Notes: generated by a model from the sequence alone, not told the origin. A stretch of 63,674 nt of DNA, filler included, from Octopus bimaculoides (GCF_001194135.2; 6 parts of 5 records of this genome joined end to end with filler, not necessarily neighbours in it), one strand, 5' to 3'. Positions 1-13,414 are shown, numbered from the whole stretch's first letter. Numbers and translations are program-made.

Positions 1-82
1 CCGCCAGCGAGTAGATAGGGCTCTTAATTGTAGATTTTAAATATTTTAAATATATACATATATACATACATATTTATATATC

Positions 83-222
83 ATCACCATCATTTAATGT
101 CTGCTTTCCATGCTGGCATCGGTTGGACAGTTTGACAGGGGCTGGCTAGGCAAAAGCCTGCACCATACTTTGCTGTCTGTTTTGGCATAGTTTTTACAGC
201 TGGATGCCCTTCCTAACACCAG
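83..222. mobile_element. Abundant short interspersed repeat (RTE-tail-like family), copy 1
   Basis: Contains CATCATTTAATGTCTGCTTTCCATGCTGGCAT...GGATGCCCTTCCTAAC. The same sequence recurs at about 2590-2745, 23762-23960, 39470-39785 (two copies) and 41335-41535. Family assignment is inference. Confidence 0.6.
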
Positions 223-403
223 TACACACACACACTCATATATATATATATATGCATGCATACACACACACACCCATATATATGCATGCATACACATACA
301 CACACATGCACACACAATTTACAGTGTGCTAGAATGTGCAACACATTACCAGTTAATTTGGACTCATTAATTAATTTTATATTCAACTTTTATTTTTCAT
401 ATA

Positions 404-1300
404 TTGGGTCATCCCATAAATAATACGGTTTTTTAAATACTTCTTTTATATTTTAAAAGTAAGATAAACAAAGTTCTTTTATAATCTAAAATATAATTTC
501 CTTCATTTCCTACAATGCTCTTCCATCTCTCCGGTAGATTTGCAAAGCCCCTCTTCCAAAATTCACTTGTCCATGATGAAAAATACTCCTCCAGTACTGT
601 CTGACCTCGTCTACAGAATTCATATTTTTTCCACCCAAATAATTTTGAAGACTGCAGAATAAATGATAATCAGATAGGGCAATGCCTGGCAAATATGGTG
701 GGTGGGGCATCGTTTCCCATTCAAACTGCTCCAGACTTTGTAATGTCATCCTCCCTGTATGTGGGTGAGCATTAACCTGATGGAAGAACACCTTTTGTCT
801 TGAAACCAAAGATGGTCAATTTTCTTCTAGTGCTGACTTGAATGACTGGTTGATTGATCAAATCCAAGCTTCTCTGCTAGTTCCTCAACAGTTATGATGG
901 GAATTTGTTCCACCAGGGTTTGCAGGATGTCATTGTTGAACTCTTACAGATCTTCCAAGATGAGGCTCATCTTCTAAGCTGTAGTTTCCGGCTCAGAATT
1001 TCTGGAACCATTGTTGACACTGGCTTACGCTTATTGTCCGATCCCCATATACTTTTGTTGCCTTTATTGAACTCATAAAGCAAAATATGCTGAATATGCT
1101 CCTTTGTCACTTCCATTATAGCTTTGAAAAAATAACTGTTAAAATCGAACTGCACTCTTCAAAACTTGCACTAAGAATAAGGAGAAGGTAAAATTACTAA
1201 CTGCTTTTATAGCAAGTTGATGCAGATAGTTTATGCTGTCCCCTCCGGCTTTTAGTTCATGCAATTGAAAAAAAACCACATTATTTATGTGATGACCCAG
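404..1300 (-). mobile_element. Mariner DNA transposon, internally deleted
   Basis: TIRs TTGGGTCATCCCATAAATAATACGG (404-) and CCACATTATTTATGTGATGACCCAG (-1300), each flanked by TA. Minus-strand remnants include the N-terminus MEVTKEHIQHILLYEFNKG and the C-terminal HQVNAHPH...HPPYLPGIALSDYHLF (mariner HDNARPH and YSPDLAPSDYHLF motifs). Confidence 0.9.
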
Positions 1301-2890
1301 TAGTTTTAGTCCAGTCCTCATAACAAGATATAGACTAAAGTACAAAGTTTGAGTCACATTTTATACAGTAATAAGAAACAGAGAAATACTGAGAATGTGA
1401 GCCACAATCTTATGAAATGCTTGCGTATTAATGCTTAAAAATACCAAATACATATATGATTCATGTGTCCCTTCATGTATCTTTTTTATAAGAGAACCAC
1501 TATTCTGTGCATCTAATCTACTCTGTTATTCACTAAATTCTGGCAACCTCATCCAACATTCTTTAACCCTTTTACTGTGGAAATCAGATATATTCACTCA
1601 AAATTTCATTACCCTTAACTTCGGAAAGGAGTTTGATATATTGATCTTATCTTTTGTTAAAGACTGACATTTTTGAAACTTTTCTTTTTATCACTTTTGA
1701 TATATGTCAAGTCTACTGAGACAATGTTACTTGCAGAAAATACTAATTCTATTTTTTAGTGGTTATTAAACATCATTACTTGAATAAACATGAAATTTGA
1801 TTTTGCAGTTAAAGGGTTAAGAATCTTTTTAGCAGCTGAGATGATTAATAGTGGATAGTCAGCCTAGTTTTTGACAAATTTAATTTGGTCATATCTTTCT
1901 TCTTGATAGATTTCATGATATATTAGTATGAGGATAGTTCTAGCTTGTCAGCATAATCATTACAAAATATCACTCTTGCAAATTATTCCCACAAACTTCT
2001 CACATGGTCTAACACCACCACCACCTGGCACACTTGATGCCTTTAACAAGAGTTCACTCTGCTGCTAGTTTTCAATTCAGGTCACTGGTTTGATGATATT
2101 TTCCTCCATCCAGACTCAGAAACCCTGCAAAGGGCCATGGACACTGCCTTTTCTCCAGACTAGAAAGATAAAAGAAGATAAACACTCAATGTAATGGCTA
2201 TTATATCTATTCTATCTTAAAAGTAATTCAGTAAGGTCACAATTGCAGCTGCATCATAGTTTCAGCTTTATATTAATGTATCTTCAGCAGTTATCTGGAG
2301 ACATTCTAATAAGTTGAGACAGGATTAGCAAGAGGAAACATAACAATCTGTTGTTATTGTTGTTCTTTAGCTCCAGGTTAGTCTGAATTCAGCAGAATCA
2401 GAAATGAAATTACTCCAGCTATGTCATTTTGGAGAGTATCAAAGACTAGATTAATTAATATGTGCTTTTGCTGAAAAAAGATGGTAAGGTGTGATTTGAG
2501 GGATATTTAGTTGTTATTTTTAGCAAGTTGCATGTCAGTCTGCAATTGTTAGCAGTGTGGACTCTGCAAATTGCAATGTGATCAAAAGTGGTTTGGGGAT
2601 CCTTCCTAATGCAGGTAAGGAAAGGCATCCAGCCATAGAAACCACCTAAATCAAACTGGAGTCTGGTGCAGCCTTCCAGCTTGCCAACCCTGGTCAAACT
2701 GTTCAACCCTTATCAGCATGGATAATGGACGTTAAATGATGATAATGATATATATGACTCAGTGGTTTGGATGCTGTTTGCCTTCTGCCTGTCCTGTAAA
2801 CTGTTATTGTTGCTGAGTTCCAAATCAGTTCTGAATAAAGATGTTCCAATCTTGACCGTCCAATGTTTATTTGTTTGTTTTTTTTTTTTG

Positions 2891-3035
2891 AGATGGCTGT
2901 GTGGTTAAGAAGTGTCTTTTGGTACCACATTGGCTCACTCCTACTGCATGGACAAGTGTTTTCTACTGTAGCCCCAGGCTGACTAATGTTCCATGAATGA
3001 ATTTAGTTGATGAAAACCTGTGTAGAAGCCTGTTG
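2891..3035 (+). mobile_element. tRNA-derived SINE, family A
   Basis: Head GGCTGTGTGGTTAAGAAG and body GGACAAGTGTTTTCTACTGTAGCCCCAGGCT match the copies at 38015-38175 and 42429-42590. Confidence 0.65.
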
Positions 3036-3074
<39 letters not shown>

Positions 3075-4761
3075 TCAGTAAACCATACACCCAAAAGAGA
3101 AGCACACTCTAAGTTATAGAGCAGTAACTGACCATATCTATCTTTAACTGAATACTCTACTGGTAACCCTATGAACTGGCCATAACTATCTTTATCTAAA
3201 TGTGTGTGTGTGTGTTAGTGTCTTTGTGTGTGTGTTTTTATGTGAGTATGTGTGTGTCTCTGACTAGACTCTTCAAAGACAGTACATCAGCATGGTGGTA
3301 GTCCAAAAACAATCTTGCCCAGTCTGGTACCTCGGAGGGTAACTTTCTAGGTGCAATCCCATTGTCATTCATGACTGAAGGTGGTCTTTACCCTTTTACA
3401 TTTGACAAGGTAATCTGAATACTAAAGGGTTAACATTGTTGGTGCTAAGTTAGTGATGGTTGGTCAGAAGTAGATGGAGAATAATGTCTGCCAATTTTTT
3501 TTTAATTTCCTTCACCATGGATGTGTTGTTGACAATGCTTCAATTAGTATTCTCTCCAATTGTTTATCAGTTGACATCTCCCAGTTAAACCAGGGATTGA
3601 ATGTGAAATTCCTTTCCTTTTTGCCTGTTGATTTTCATTAAATAATGTAGCTTCTATACTCACAATCACGCACATATACACTTAAAATGTTAATTACACA
3701 TGCACTCATGCAAACAAATATTCTAAACCAACATATAAAAATGGACCGTTTGAAGATCAGTGAACAGGTCACAGAAGTGTGACAAAAGACTGTTTATTAA
3801 CAATGAAATATTTAAATAATAAAGAGGCTAATAATAGCTGCAACTAATGTGTGCATATTTATGATTATTGAAGAGGATATCTGAAATACATGCATATATT
3901 CATTCATGCATGCATGCATACACACACACATACATACGCACAGACACATACTGACATATGTACATACATGCATACATGCATTCATTCATTCATTCATTGG
4001 CTTTGAGAACTATATGAAAGTGAACTTTATAAATTACACACTTTTTTACTGCTCCAATTCCCTTCCCTGCTTTCTGATTTGCTGAATTGTTTTGCTTTAT
4101 TTATTCATTTGTTGATTTATTTTTATTGTTTCCTTTATAAATTGAATTGTCTTATTTCTATATTCTTTTGTTGTGTTTGAACTCAATTGAGGGAAACTAA
4201 ATCCATTCTGCTATGCATTTCTGTTTCATATATGACTTTAAAAATTATATGTTCCCTCCGATTGTCTTTTTGCATGTGTGTGTGTGTGTTAAACTGGTAA
4301 ATGTTGTCAGGTTGAATCTACAATTTAGTTTTCATTCCCATTTATAATCAAATTGCTTCATTTCAATAATACTGCTCATATCTCCAGGTAATGCATGAAT
4401 ATCACAATGTCATATTTATATTTCCCCTCTCTCTTGTAAATCTCAGCCCTTTGTCACTTTATGTTTTATTATTTTGCTAGTTTCAGTCATTGGACTGCAA
4501 TCTTTGAGTACTGTGCGGCTTGCATTTCACTAGTATGAACTTTTTAAAATATGCAGCTGTGAAACAATAGCTACTAAAATAATTCAGATTAATATCTAAA
4601 TTTGCACTATCATTTAACCACTTCAAATAAAGAACACATATGTGAAATATAAGAAAAAAAATTCTTGTTATTGACATCATAAGAATTTTATAAACTTTCA
4701 AGAGAATGTGAAATAATTCATTTTGGAACAGTTGATCTCAAAGCACTCATATTGTATTGTT

Positions 4762-5142
4762 GGCACTCCGTCGGTTACGACGTTGAGGGTTCCAGTTGAT
4801 CCGATCAACAGAACAGCCTGCTCGTGAAATTAACGTGCAAGTGGCTGAGCACTCCACAGACGCATGTACCCTTAACGTAGTTCTCGGTGATATTCAGCGT
4901 GATACAATGTGTGACAAGGCTGACCCTTTGAATTACAGGCACAACAGAAACAGGAAGTAAGAGTGAGAGAAAGTTGTGGTGAAAGAGTACAGCAGGGTTC
5001 GCCACCCCCCCCCTACCGGAGCCTCGTGGAGCTTTAGGTGTTTTCGCTCAATAAACACTCACAACACCCGGTCTGGGAATCGAAACCACAATCCTACGAC
5101 AGCGAGTCCACTGCCCTAACCACTGGGCCATTGCGCCTCCAC
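4762..5142 (-). mobile_element. tRNA-headed SINE, family B
   Basis: Close match to 42598-42925. The minus strand begins with A-box/B-box-like TGGCCCAGTGGTTAGGG...GGTTTCGATTCCC. Confidence 0.7.
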
Positions 5143-6510
5143 CAAAGCACTCATAAAGCTATAAACAACAGCATGTAAACGTCAAAGACAGCCTTTGACT
5201 TTTATTTATTTATTTATTTATTTTATTTTATCTTATTTTATTTTATTTTATTTTATTTTATTTATTTAAAGTGGTTTTTCTACCCAATATTTACATGCTT
5301 TTATTTATAGCTTTATCATCTGCTTGAAAATCCACTATTTCAAAAAAGAATTATTTCACATTCTCTTGAAAGTTTATAAAATTTTTATAACACCAACAAC
5401 CTACAATTCTTGTTGGTAAGAATGAAGTTTCTTAAATGGATAGAGAAATTCTAAGGATATATTCATGCATTTTCTTCTGGTTCATTTCATCCTAAAGACA
5501 CTCATTCTTAAAATAGTTCTTAGTTTACTTCATGAAAAAAGGAGGTTCATATAGTTCTATTATTTATTTATTTATTCAAGATTTGATGGATTAACATATG
5601 ATACTCTTGCAATCTGGGTCTTAAAAGAGATGTAGATTCAAGAAAGTTAATGCTAGACAAGTGAACTCTGTTAATTAACCCTTTAGCATTTTAACCAACC
5701 ATATCTGGCCCAAATATTCTACTTGTGTTCTAACCAACCAGATCTAGCCTATCACACCTACCCTTCGATGCCATTATAAAATATACAATCACAACATCAA
5801 AATTTCAAAGCTACAAAATAATGCATGATTAATTAAAAACAATGTAAATGCAAAATCATTACATTTGACAGAGTAATGTGAATGCTAAAGGGTTAAAGAA
5901 TCTAAAGTTTTATTTCCTATCTGATACTGCTCTATGTCTATGGCCAAGAGAGTTGACTGTTGCTACATGTAAACAGTTGCCTTGAATGAACTTGATCCAT
6001 TACTGGAAGTAGTTGTGTCAAGATAGATCTGACAAGTGTTTCTTTAACTGTTAGTGCTTTGGTTAGTTGACATCATGGGTGTAAAAATCTAACAGAAGAC
6101 TTACAGATACATGGGCTGAGATATATCTCAACTACTTAATACTGTCAACATGCTTTAAGAGCAAGAATGAGTAAATGGTGTACAATGAGAAGCAGGTCAT
6201 TCTGTTTCTGTTAAGAAGACTGTAGGATTCTTGACTAGGAACATAGTGCAGCAATAAAAGATATAAATAACTCCACCCTTCAGTTGATACATCTAATTAG
6301 GATTATTGATAACCTATCACTAGCACATGCACACATACACACATGTGTGTATGTGTGTGTGTATATATGAGAGGTATTGGTATCTAGAATACCCAAAGAG
6401 TGTCAGGTAATGCTAAGTAAGTGCTATGGACAGACTGTAGTTAAACTCTTGGTTCAATAATGATACAAGTGAAGACTCTAATGTGGGTCTTGTATTAACA
6501 TGCATATATA

Positions 6511-7464
6511 GGATCTTTGGGGTTTGACGGGCAACATTTGTTTTCTTAATGAAACACTTTCAAACTTGGGACACTGATAGAATGTGTCATATAAAACAAC
6601 TTCTCTTAACCTTCTTAACAAAATTTTGTACATCGCAAGTTATTTCATGTTAAAGTTGTCGTATTTCTGTAATTTCAACCAATCACTGACGTCTATTCAG
6701 CTGAATACAGTTACCGCTGGCCAGTCATAAAAATGTTATTCCCTGTGACATATTTCATCCGATTTAATCGTAATTTATACGCATATATTGTTTATATAAT
6801 AAATTACGCTGTGCATATCTGTGTGTGTAACAATTTTAGAGTTCGGATTCTAGAGTTAGGGTTAGTTTTAGGTTANNNNNNNNNNNNNNNNNNNNNNNNN
6901 NNNNNNNNNNNNNNNNNNNNNNNNNNNNNNNNNNNNNNNNNNNNNNNNNNNNNNNNNNNNNNNNNNNNNNNNNNNNNNNNNNNNNNNNNNNNNNNNNNNN
7001 NNNNNNNNNNNNNNNNNNNNNNNNNNNNNNNNNNNNNNNNNNNNNNNNNNNNNNNNNNNNNNNNNNNNNNNNNNNNNNNNNNNNNNNNNNNNNNNNNNNN
7101 NNNNNNNNNNNNNNNNACGTGCATTAATAATTCTGCCAGCTCCAATAACAAGTGCAGGCAGTATTCAAGTATTTTGATGGCTTTTTCCCCTTTGTTTACG
7201 AACAGTCTAATTAATCGGAAATGTCAGAACTAACGGGGATTAATAACGATATACACCGTTACAGCGCTAACTGTTTTCAACTGAATAGACATCAGTGATT
7301 AGTTGAAATTATCGAAATAAGACAATTCTTAACGTGAAATAACTTTGAATACAAAATTTTTTATCTGTTCTATACCACAAAATATACAAGTATACGAAGT
7401 TTGAAAGTGTTTCGGTATCAAAAACACTACATAAAAAATGTTGCCCGTCAAACCCCAAAGATCC
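6511..7464. mobile_element. Foldback MITE with GGATCT termini and 8-bp TSD, copy 1
   Basis: Starts GGATCTTTGGGGTTTGACGGGCAA and ends TTGCCCGTCAAACCCCAAAGATCC. CATATATA is duplicated at 6503-6510 and 7465-7472. It has long internal inverted arms and TTAGGG-like units at the centre next to the N gap. Confidence 0.9.
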
Positions 7465-7538
7465 CATATATATAATAGACAGAATGAGGTAATAAAGCCA
7501 AGGCTGTAAGAAGTTTCCAGGACATTTATAAAGAAATA

Positions 7539-7586
7539 GTCTTACAGCTGTTTCTTGGACATTGTGGATATCCCTTCATCAGAGAC
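7539..7586 (-). ncRNA. Minimal hammerhead-ribozyme-like motif
   Basis: Minus strand reads GUCU-CUGAUGA-AG-GGAUAU-CCACA-AUGUCC-AA-GAAAC-AGCU-GUA-AGAC. Both core segments are intact, stem I has 4 bp and stem III is palindromic. Confidence 0.65.
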
Positions 7587-7728
7587 GTGTGAGAAGGTTA
7601 AATAGAGGAAATATTTGAATTTGAATTATTATATCTTATTTCTGCTTTCATTCTCTTATTTCCCTCTGTATTCCCTATCTCCTCCTTTTCCATAATAATT
7701 AAAACTCAAATATTTCCTCTATTTAACC

Positions 7729-7776
7729 TTCTCTGATGAAGGCATATCCATAATATCCCAGAAACAGTTGTAAGAC
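7729..7776 (+). ncRNA. Hammerhead-like motif, degraded partner copy
   Basis: CUGAUGA at 7733-7739, GAAAC at 7761-7765, GUA at 7770-7772. Stem I is reduced to 3 bp by a small deletion. Confidence 0.5.
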
Positions 7777-8421
7777 TATTTCCTTATAAATGTCCTGGAA
7801 ACTTTTTACAGCCTTGGCTTTATTATCTCATTATGTCTAAAAATATATACATATATATATATATATATATATCCATCATGATCTATAAATAATTATATAT
7901 TTTGCACTCTAAAGTCATCTTGTCTTTATTCAGATACAGTATATGCTTTCTTGCATTATCCAATGTGTCCTTCCATTTCTGAAATGGTAGAGTATAATAT
8001 GAAGGAAATGGTTGCTATTTCTCGTAGGTGTCATAGTCACATAGAGTCTATCTCATTGGCTTATGTATACCTAAATATTTTATTATTTTGCAATGACGAA
8101 TTCAAATCCTAATTATAGCACACAAGTCTGTCATAATTTAGATTTACTAAACAAAGACCATAAGGTGCTTCAGTGACTCCGTGTGTTATGGAGTTCAAAA
8201 GAACAAAAGTGATTTAAACTTCACTACTTAACTATGATATTTATGATTATGATGACTAACTATGGAAGTGATAATCTTATGAAAATATGTTAATTGAGAA
8301 TAATATGTATTGCTCAACAGAATTTACTTATAACACATCCTTATCTGAAATTTTGGAAGAGACTGCACATATTTTTTATTGAGGGTCTTGATAGCTCTTC
8401 TGAGTCCTTTTCTATTTCTAG

Positions 8422-8550
8422 GCCCATATCAGAAAGGATCCCAGCTTCCTGAAGACAGGAAAGGAAGTACAGCTGATGGAGATATTGATGTTGCATTTAA
8501 CCATTACTCACAGCAAATCACCGATTTAGAAAATGGTAATAATTCTTGTG
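8422..8550 (+). CDS. Probable internal coding exon, possibly the linker of the rabphilin-like gene
   Basis: Acceptor ttttctatttctag and donor G|gtaagt. The 129-nt phase 1-1 exon has only one open frame: PYQKGSQLPEDRKGSTADGDIDVAFNHYSQQITDLENGNNSC. Phase is compatible with the exon at 14297. No recognisable domain. Confidence 0.55.
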
Positions 8551-10119
8551 GTAAGTCATCAAGAAAGTGTATATATAATGTCAATGCATATTCTACCTTT
8601 ACACCTACAATAGCAACAACAGCAAGTATAATTCTTACTTTCCACCATTGTTATTATCATAATAACAATAATTGACACTTATATACACCAATTCACATTA
8701 ATATTTTTCACATGATTTTTCTCTTTTGTGCTCTGAATTCATATTAAACCAACACTAATATGTCTTCTTTTTTTTCTTTATCATCAGTCTCATAGTGTCT
8801 CATGTTTTAGGATTCTGTTCTAAAGCTTTATTATAGATTTTCTTACTTCCTTTAGGAAATCTTAAAAAATAAGGACAAGATTAACAGAAATAGGTGCAGC
8901 ATTAGAATGAGACAAACACATAGTTTATTTTTAATTGAATGATTTGGTGGTTCAGCTTGAAGTCCTTCAAGCAGAAGTCCCTGATAACTTGACTTGGTCA
9001 TTTTGCCCCTAGCTGCACAGGAAGAATAAATTAAAAAATTTTACTTCTATTTTATTGACTACCACAGTCTGCAGGGTGTTTTTTGCATTACATGTGTATT
9101 ATTTATGTAATAGTTAAGTTATATATTTTGCACTTTCTTGTATTTTGTTATGACTCCCTGATCCATGGAAAAATGCTCTTGCATGAAACTGGTCCATGGT
9201 GCAAAAATGATCGGAGACCAGTGATTTAGGGAACAGATAGTAAGGAAACTTTTGTTTTAGTTCCCCATATAGCAACTAGAAGTATATCTTTCAGCCATTA
9301 AATGACTCTTTGAGCTGTCATTTACACACTGAATGCTAAGGTGCATTGCAACTCTATAAATTGGTTTAGCTTTGGAAATAAATTCAATTCAGTATGATTG
9401 ATTGTCATTGTATACAAATATAATGACAATAATGACAAACATAATGGAAAATAAATTATAGATCAAGCTACAATAATAACAATCTGTTGTAAACCAACAA
9501 CAATAACATAGAACAGCATACATTCAATATGACAATAATTACTATATCAATATAACAACAACATAATTATATTAGCAAATATAAGCAGAAACACTTATCT
9601 ATATTCATAATAATTCTATTTTCTATCAGTGGTAGAAAGCTTCTTGTCTAGTTCTGTTTGTGTTAACTATTAGATTGCACAAAGATGAACATGTGTTTAG
9701 ATAGTGTCTAATGTCTGAGAAGAATCTGAATGTTCATTACAGAAGTAGCTAATTAACTGCTATTTGCATATAGAAGTATACCAAGTGTATATTTATTTAA
9801 TAACTATACATTAGGTTTCCTGTTTATTCCCGTAAATTTTCAAGTATAAATATAATATTCAATCCAGTTATCTGCTTCTTCAGTTCTGTTTATTATTTAT
9901 TTTATTTTATTTTGCAACTTGTGAATAATAATGTTACAGCTTTCCATTGAGTTGGTCTCTAGTTTTCTGCATTCTTAATGGTGAAAGAGACAAGGGAACA
10001 TCTGTAACCAAGCTTAGGAGGATTTTTTTGAAGAGCATCTGTTTTTCCCTTTTGTATTCTTCACTGGTATATGGCAGAAGATATAAACATTAATACTTAT
10101 ATATGTGTATATATATAAA

Positions 10120-11590
10120 GAGGACAACAAATGTTAAGGCAAGACAAAAGTTATATACATTATTATTATTGGAAAAATTCAAAGCCTTACAGCTGTTTCT
10201 GGGATATCCCAGAGTATGGAATATTCCTTCATCGGAGAAAAATAGGGAAAATGAAAAGGGTATAGATTAATGAAGTGACAACTCAGAGGACAGGAGAAAA
10301 GGAATAAGGAGATGAAGAAAGAAAAGAAAAAGAAGCATAAATGTTCACAGTTCAACTTTCCTCATCATGTAGAAGTAAGTCCATTAGTCCTTAGGTGCAA
10401 TCCTGTGTAAATCCATATAGATTAAAGTCCTAATGGTGTAACTATCCAGAAATAGATGCGAACATATCAATATTCAACAACAGAATGGTAGCGGAGGTGA
10501 TTATTAAATAGTAAAAAGAAAGAAAAATAAATTGAGAGATAGAGAGAGTGAGGGAGGATATTAAGGATTGGCGTTAAGGATAAAATGAGGTATGTAAGAA
10601 TATAGTGTACAAAAATGACTAAGAAAATAAATAAATATATAAGGGTAACTAAGGAGAGAGGAAGAGAAGGTAAAGAAAGATAACATAAAAAAAAGTAAAA
10701 TGAAAGGAATTCAAAGAGAATAGTAGGTGCCAGTGGTATTTTTCTAGTCTGTAGGGGTTTGGGAGGAAATCTAGTAATAAGTGGTTGTGTCCAATTTATG
10801 GCTAAGGTCAGTGGTTGTAGAAATATTTTTAGCAATGGGAGTATGCGTGTGTAGGTAGTCATGAATGGAGAAACCAGTTGAATGCTAAATTATTTAGGAA
10901 TAAGTGTTAGAATTATATATTAGGGGATTTATTCGGTTAAGGTTTTAAAATAAAGAATTGACATTTATCTGCTAAAGTGATGAGGTCAGGTTGATAGAAG
11001 AGCTACACAGAGGTATGTGTTAACGGTCATGGAGGTTTGTATTCGAGTGTTATTCATGGAGGGTGAATTTACTTTTGGATTTATGGAAGAATTTAAAAGT
11101 GCAGAAGAATTTATATTTACACGCTGTGAAGGCTTCGTTGTGTTTATTAAGCAATTGTGGTGAGTTATGGGTTAAACTTTTGAGGGCTTCTTTTAAGCAG
11201 AGTCTACAAGTGGAGTGCTGGCCCTGATATGGGATACCAGAATCTATTATAACTCAGGAAAGTCTATACTGTATTTTTCTATTAATTAGATGGTGTACGT
11301 GGCTGGCTAGTGATGTGGAATTGCTATTCTCTTTATATTTAAATGAGTTTAAATGTGTATAATATCTTTGCTTAAAATTTGTAGTAGATCCAATGTAGTA
11401 GCTATTGGAGTTACTCACTATGTTGTGAACGGTGCATTGGTATACGATGTTGAATCTTCTGCAATGGGCTTGCAGAGAACAGTCTTTCCTAGATCTGCAG
11501 TTTGCAGCTATCAGTTCTACTATAGTTAGTTGGAAAGAGAGATGAGATAGTGCTACTAGAGGACAAGCTAAAGGTGAATCATCCGTGATA
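10120..11590 (-). mobile_element. Penelope-like element: GIY-YIG endonuclease remnant plus 3' terminal repeat
   Basis: Minus frame reads CRSRKDCSLQAHCRRFNIVYQCTV...YYIGSTTNFKQRYYTHLNSFK...TSLASHV...CRLCLKE (about 11100-11510, with a stop). There is a hammerhead-like motif with a mutated core (CCGAUGA) at about 10185-10240. Confidence 0.85.
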
Positions 11591-11649
11591 TTGCTGTTAC
11601 CATTGTCGTCATTTCTGCTATTAATATCAACGCCACCATTACCATTATT

Positions 11650-12827
11650 ATTATTATTCAGTAGTTTTATTTTTATAACGTGCTTTCACTTCACTACCGA
11701 GCGCAGCTCTGTGCGTCTTGGGTATGTGCTGTGGTTTGCTGTGGTGCTCTTATGTTTACTGTATTGAAAGTGTTTTGCATAGAATGTGTGCAGTACCCAG
11801 TAGTGCAATTTTCTGAATGTTATATATATTTGTAAGTCCTGGTATTTTTGTTATGTATTTGTCTGAATATTTTTTTATTATACCTAAGGCACCTACTATG
11901 ATAGGAATTGTTTCTGTTTTTAGATTCCACATTCGAGTTATCTCTATTTCCAGGTCTTTGTATTTTGAAAGTTTTTCCATTTCTTTTAGAGAAACGTTGT
12001 CATCTGCTGGTATTGATACATCAATTAGAAAGCATTTTTTNNNNNNNNNNNNNNNNNNNNNNNNNNNNNNNNNNNNNNNNNNNNNNNNNNNNNNNNNNNN
12101 NNNNNNNNNNNNNNNNNNNNNNNNNNNNNNNNNNNNNNNNNNNNNNNNNNNNNNNNNNNNNNNNNNNNNNNNNNNNNNNNNNNNNNNNNNNNNNNNNNNN
12201 NNNNNNNNNNNNNNNNNNNNNNNNNNNNNNNNNNNNNNNNNNNNNNNNNNNNNNNNNNNNNNNNNNNNNNNNNNNNNNNNNNNNNNNNNNNNNNNNNNNN
12301 NNNNNNNNNNNNNNNNNNNNNNNNNNNNNNNNNNNNNNNNNNNNNNNNNNNNNNNNNNNNNNNNNNNNNNNNNNNNNNNNNNNNNNNNNNNNNNNNNNNN
12401 NNNNNNNNNNNNNNNNNNNNNNNNNNNNNNNNNNNNNNNNNNNNNNNNNNNNNNNNNNNNNNNNNNNNNNNNNNNNNNNNNNNNNNNNNNNNNNNNNNNN
12501 NNNNNNNNNNNNNNNNNNNNNNNNNNNNNNNNNNNNNNNNNNNNNNNNNNNNNNNNNNNNNNNNNNNNNNNNNNNNNNNNNNNNNNNNNNNNNNNNNNNN
12601 NNNNNNNNNNNNNNNNNNNNNNNNNNNNNNNNNNNNNNNNNNNNNNNNNNNNNNNNNNNNNNNNNNNNNNNNNNNNNNNNNNNNNNNNNNNNNNNNNNNN
12701 NNNNNNNNNNNNNNNNNNNNNNNNNNNNNNNNNNNNNNNNNNNNNNNNNNNNNNNNNNNNNNNNTTTGTTTGCTGTTCTAGTTTTAGTTTGGATTTCATT
12801 TGTTTGCTGTTCTAGTTTTAGTTTGGA

Positions 12828-12830
<3 letters not shown>
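11650..12830 (-). mobile_element. R4/Dong-like non-LTR retrotransposon 3' fragment (RLE family 1), N gap inside
   Basis: KKCFLIDVSIPADDNVSLKEMEKLSKYKDLEIEITRMWNLKTETIPIIVGALG is a restriction-like endonuclease C-terminus. (AAT)n lies on both sides of the sense strand. Confidence 0.85.
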
Positions 12831-12875
<45 letters not shown>

Positions 12876-12890
12876 CGTTATCGGCATCAC

Positions 12891-13016
<126 letters not shown>

Positions 13017-13043
13017 AGTAACAGCAGCAGTAGTAGTAGCAGT

Positions 13044-13198
13044 ATACCTCTGTGTAGCTCTTCTATCAACCTAACCTCATCACTTTATAAGATAAATGTT
13101 AATTCTTTAATTTATCTTAAAACCTTAACCGAATAAATCCCCTAATATATAATTCTAACTCTTATTCCTAAATAATTTAGCATTCAACTGGTTTCTCC
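13044..13198 (+). mobile_element. Inverted partial terminal repeat of the Penelope-like element at 10120-11590
   Basis: Reverse complement of 10867-11016. Confidence 0.8.
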
Positions 13199-13359
13199 TT
13201 TTACATATATATATATATGTAAAAGGGTTATAATGCCCAATCTTTCTGCTGTTTTCATGGCTATACTGTGTTCAAAATATTACCTTCTTGTCTGTATAAT
13301 ACGATGCACATTCAATGCTTCTAAAAACTAAATAAAATGTTTGTTTACATATGTTGTTG

Positions 13360-13414
<55 letters not shown>

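Larger units (their letters stand above)
7476..7839. mobile_element. Solo inverted pair of Penelope-like terminal repeats
   Basis: Arms 7476-~7628 and ~7692-7839 are reverse complements. They share the CTTACAGCTGTTTC...CCTTCATC segment with the PLE end at 10185-10235. Confidence 0.7.

Noticed and set aside
10467-10862. 131-aa hydrophobic ORF resembling a membrane protein
   Set aside because: Low-complexity pyrimidine-rich strand of a Penelope terminal repeat.
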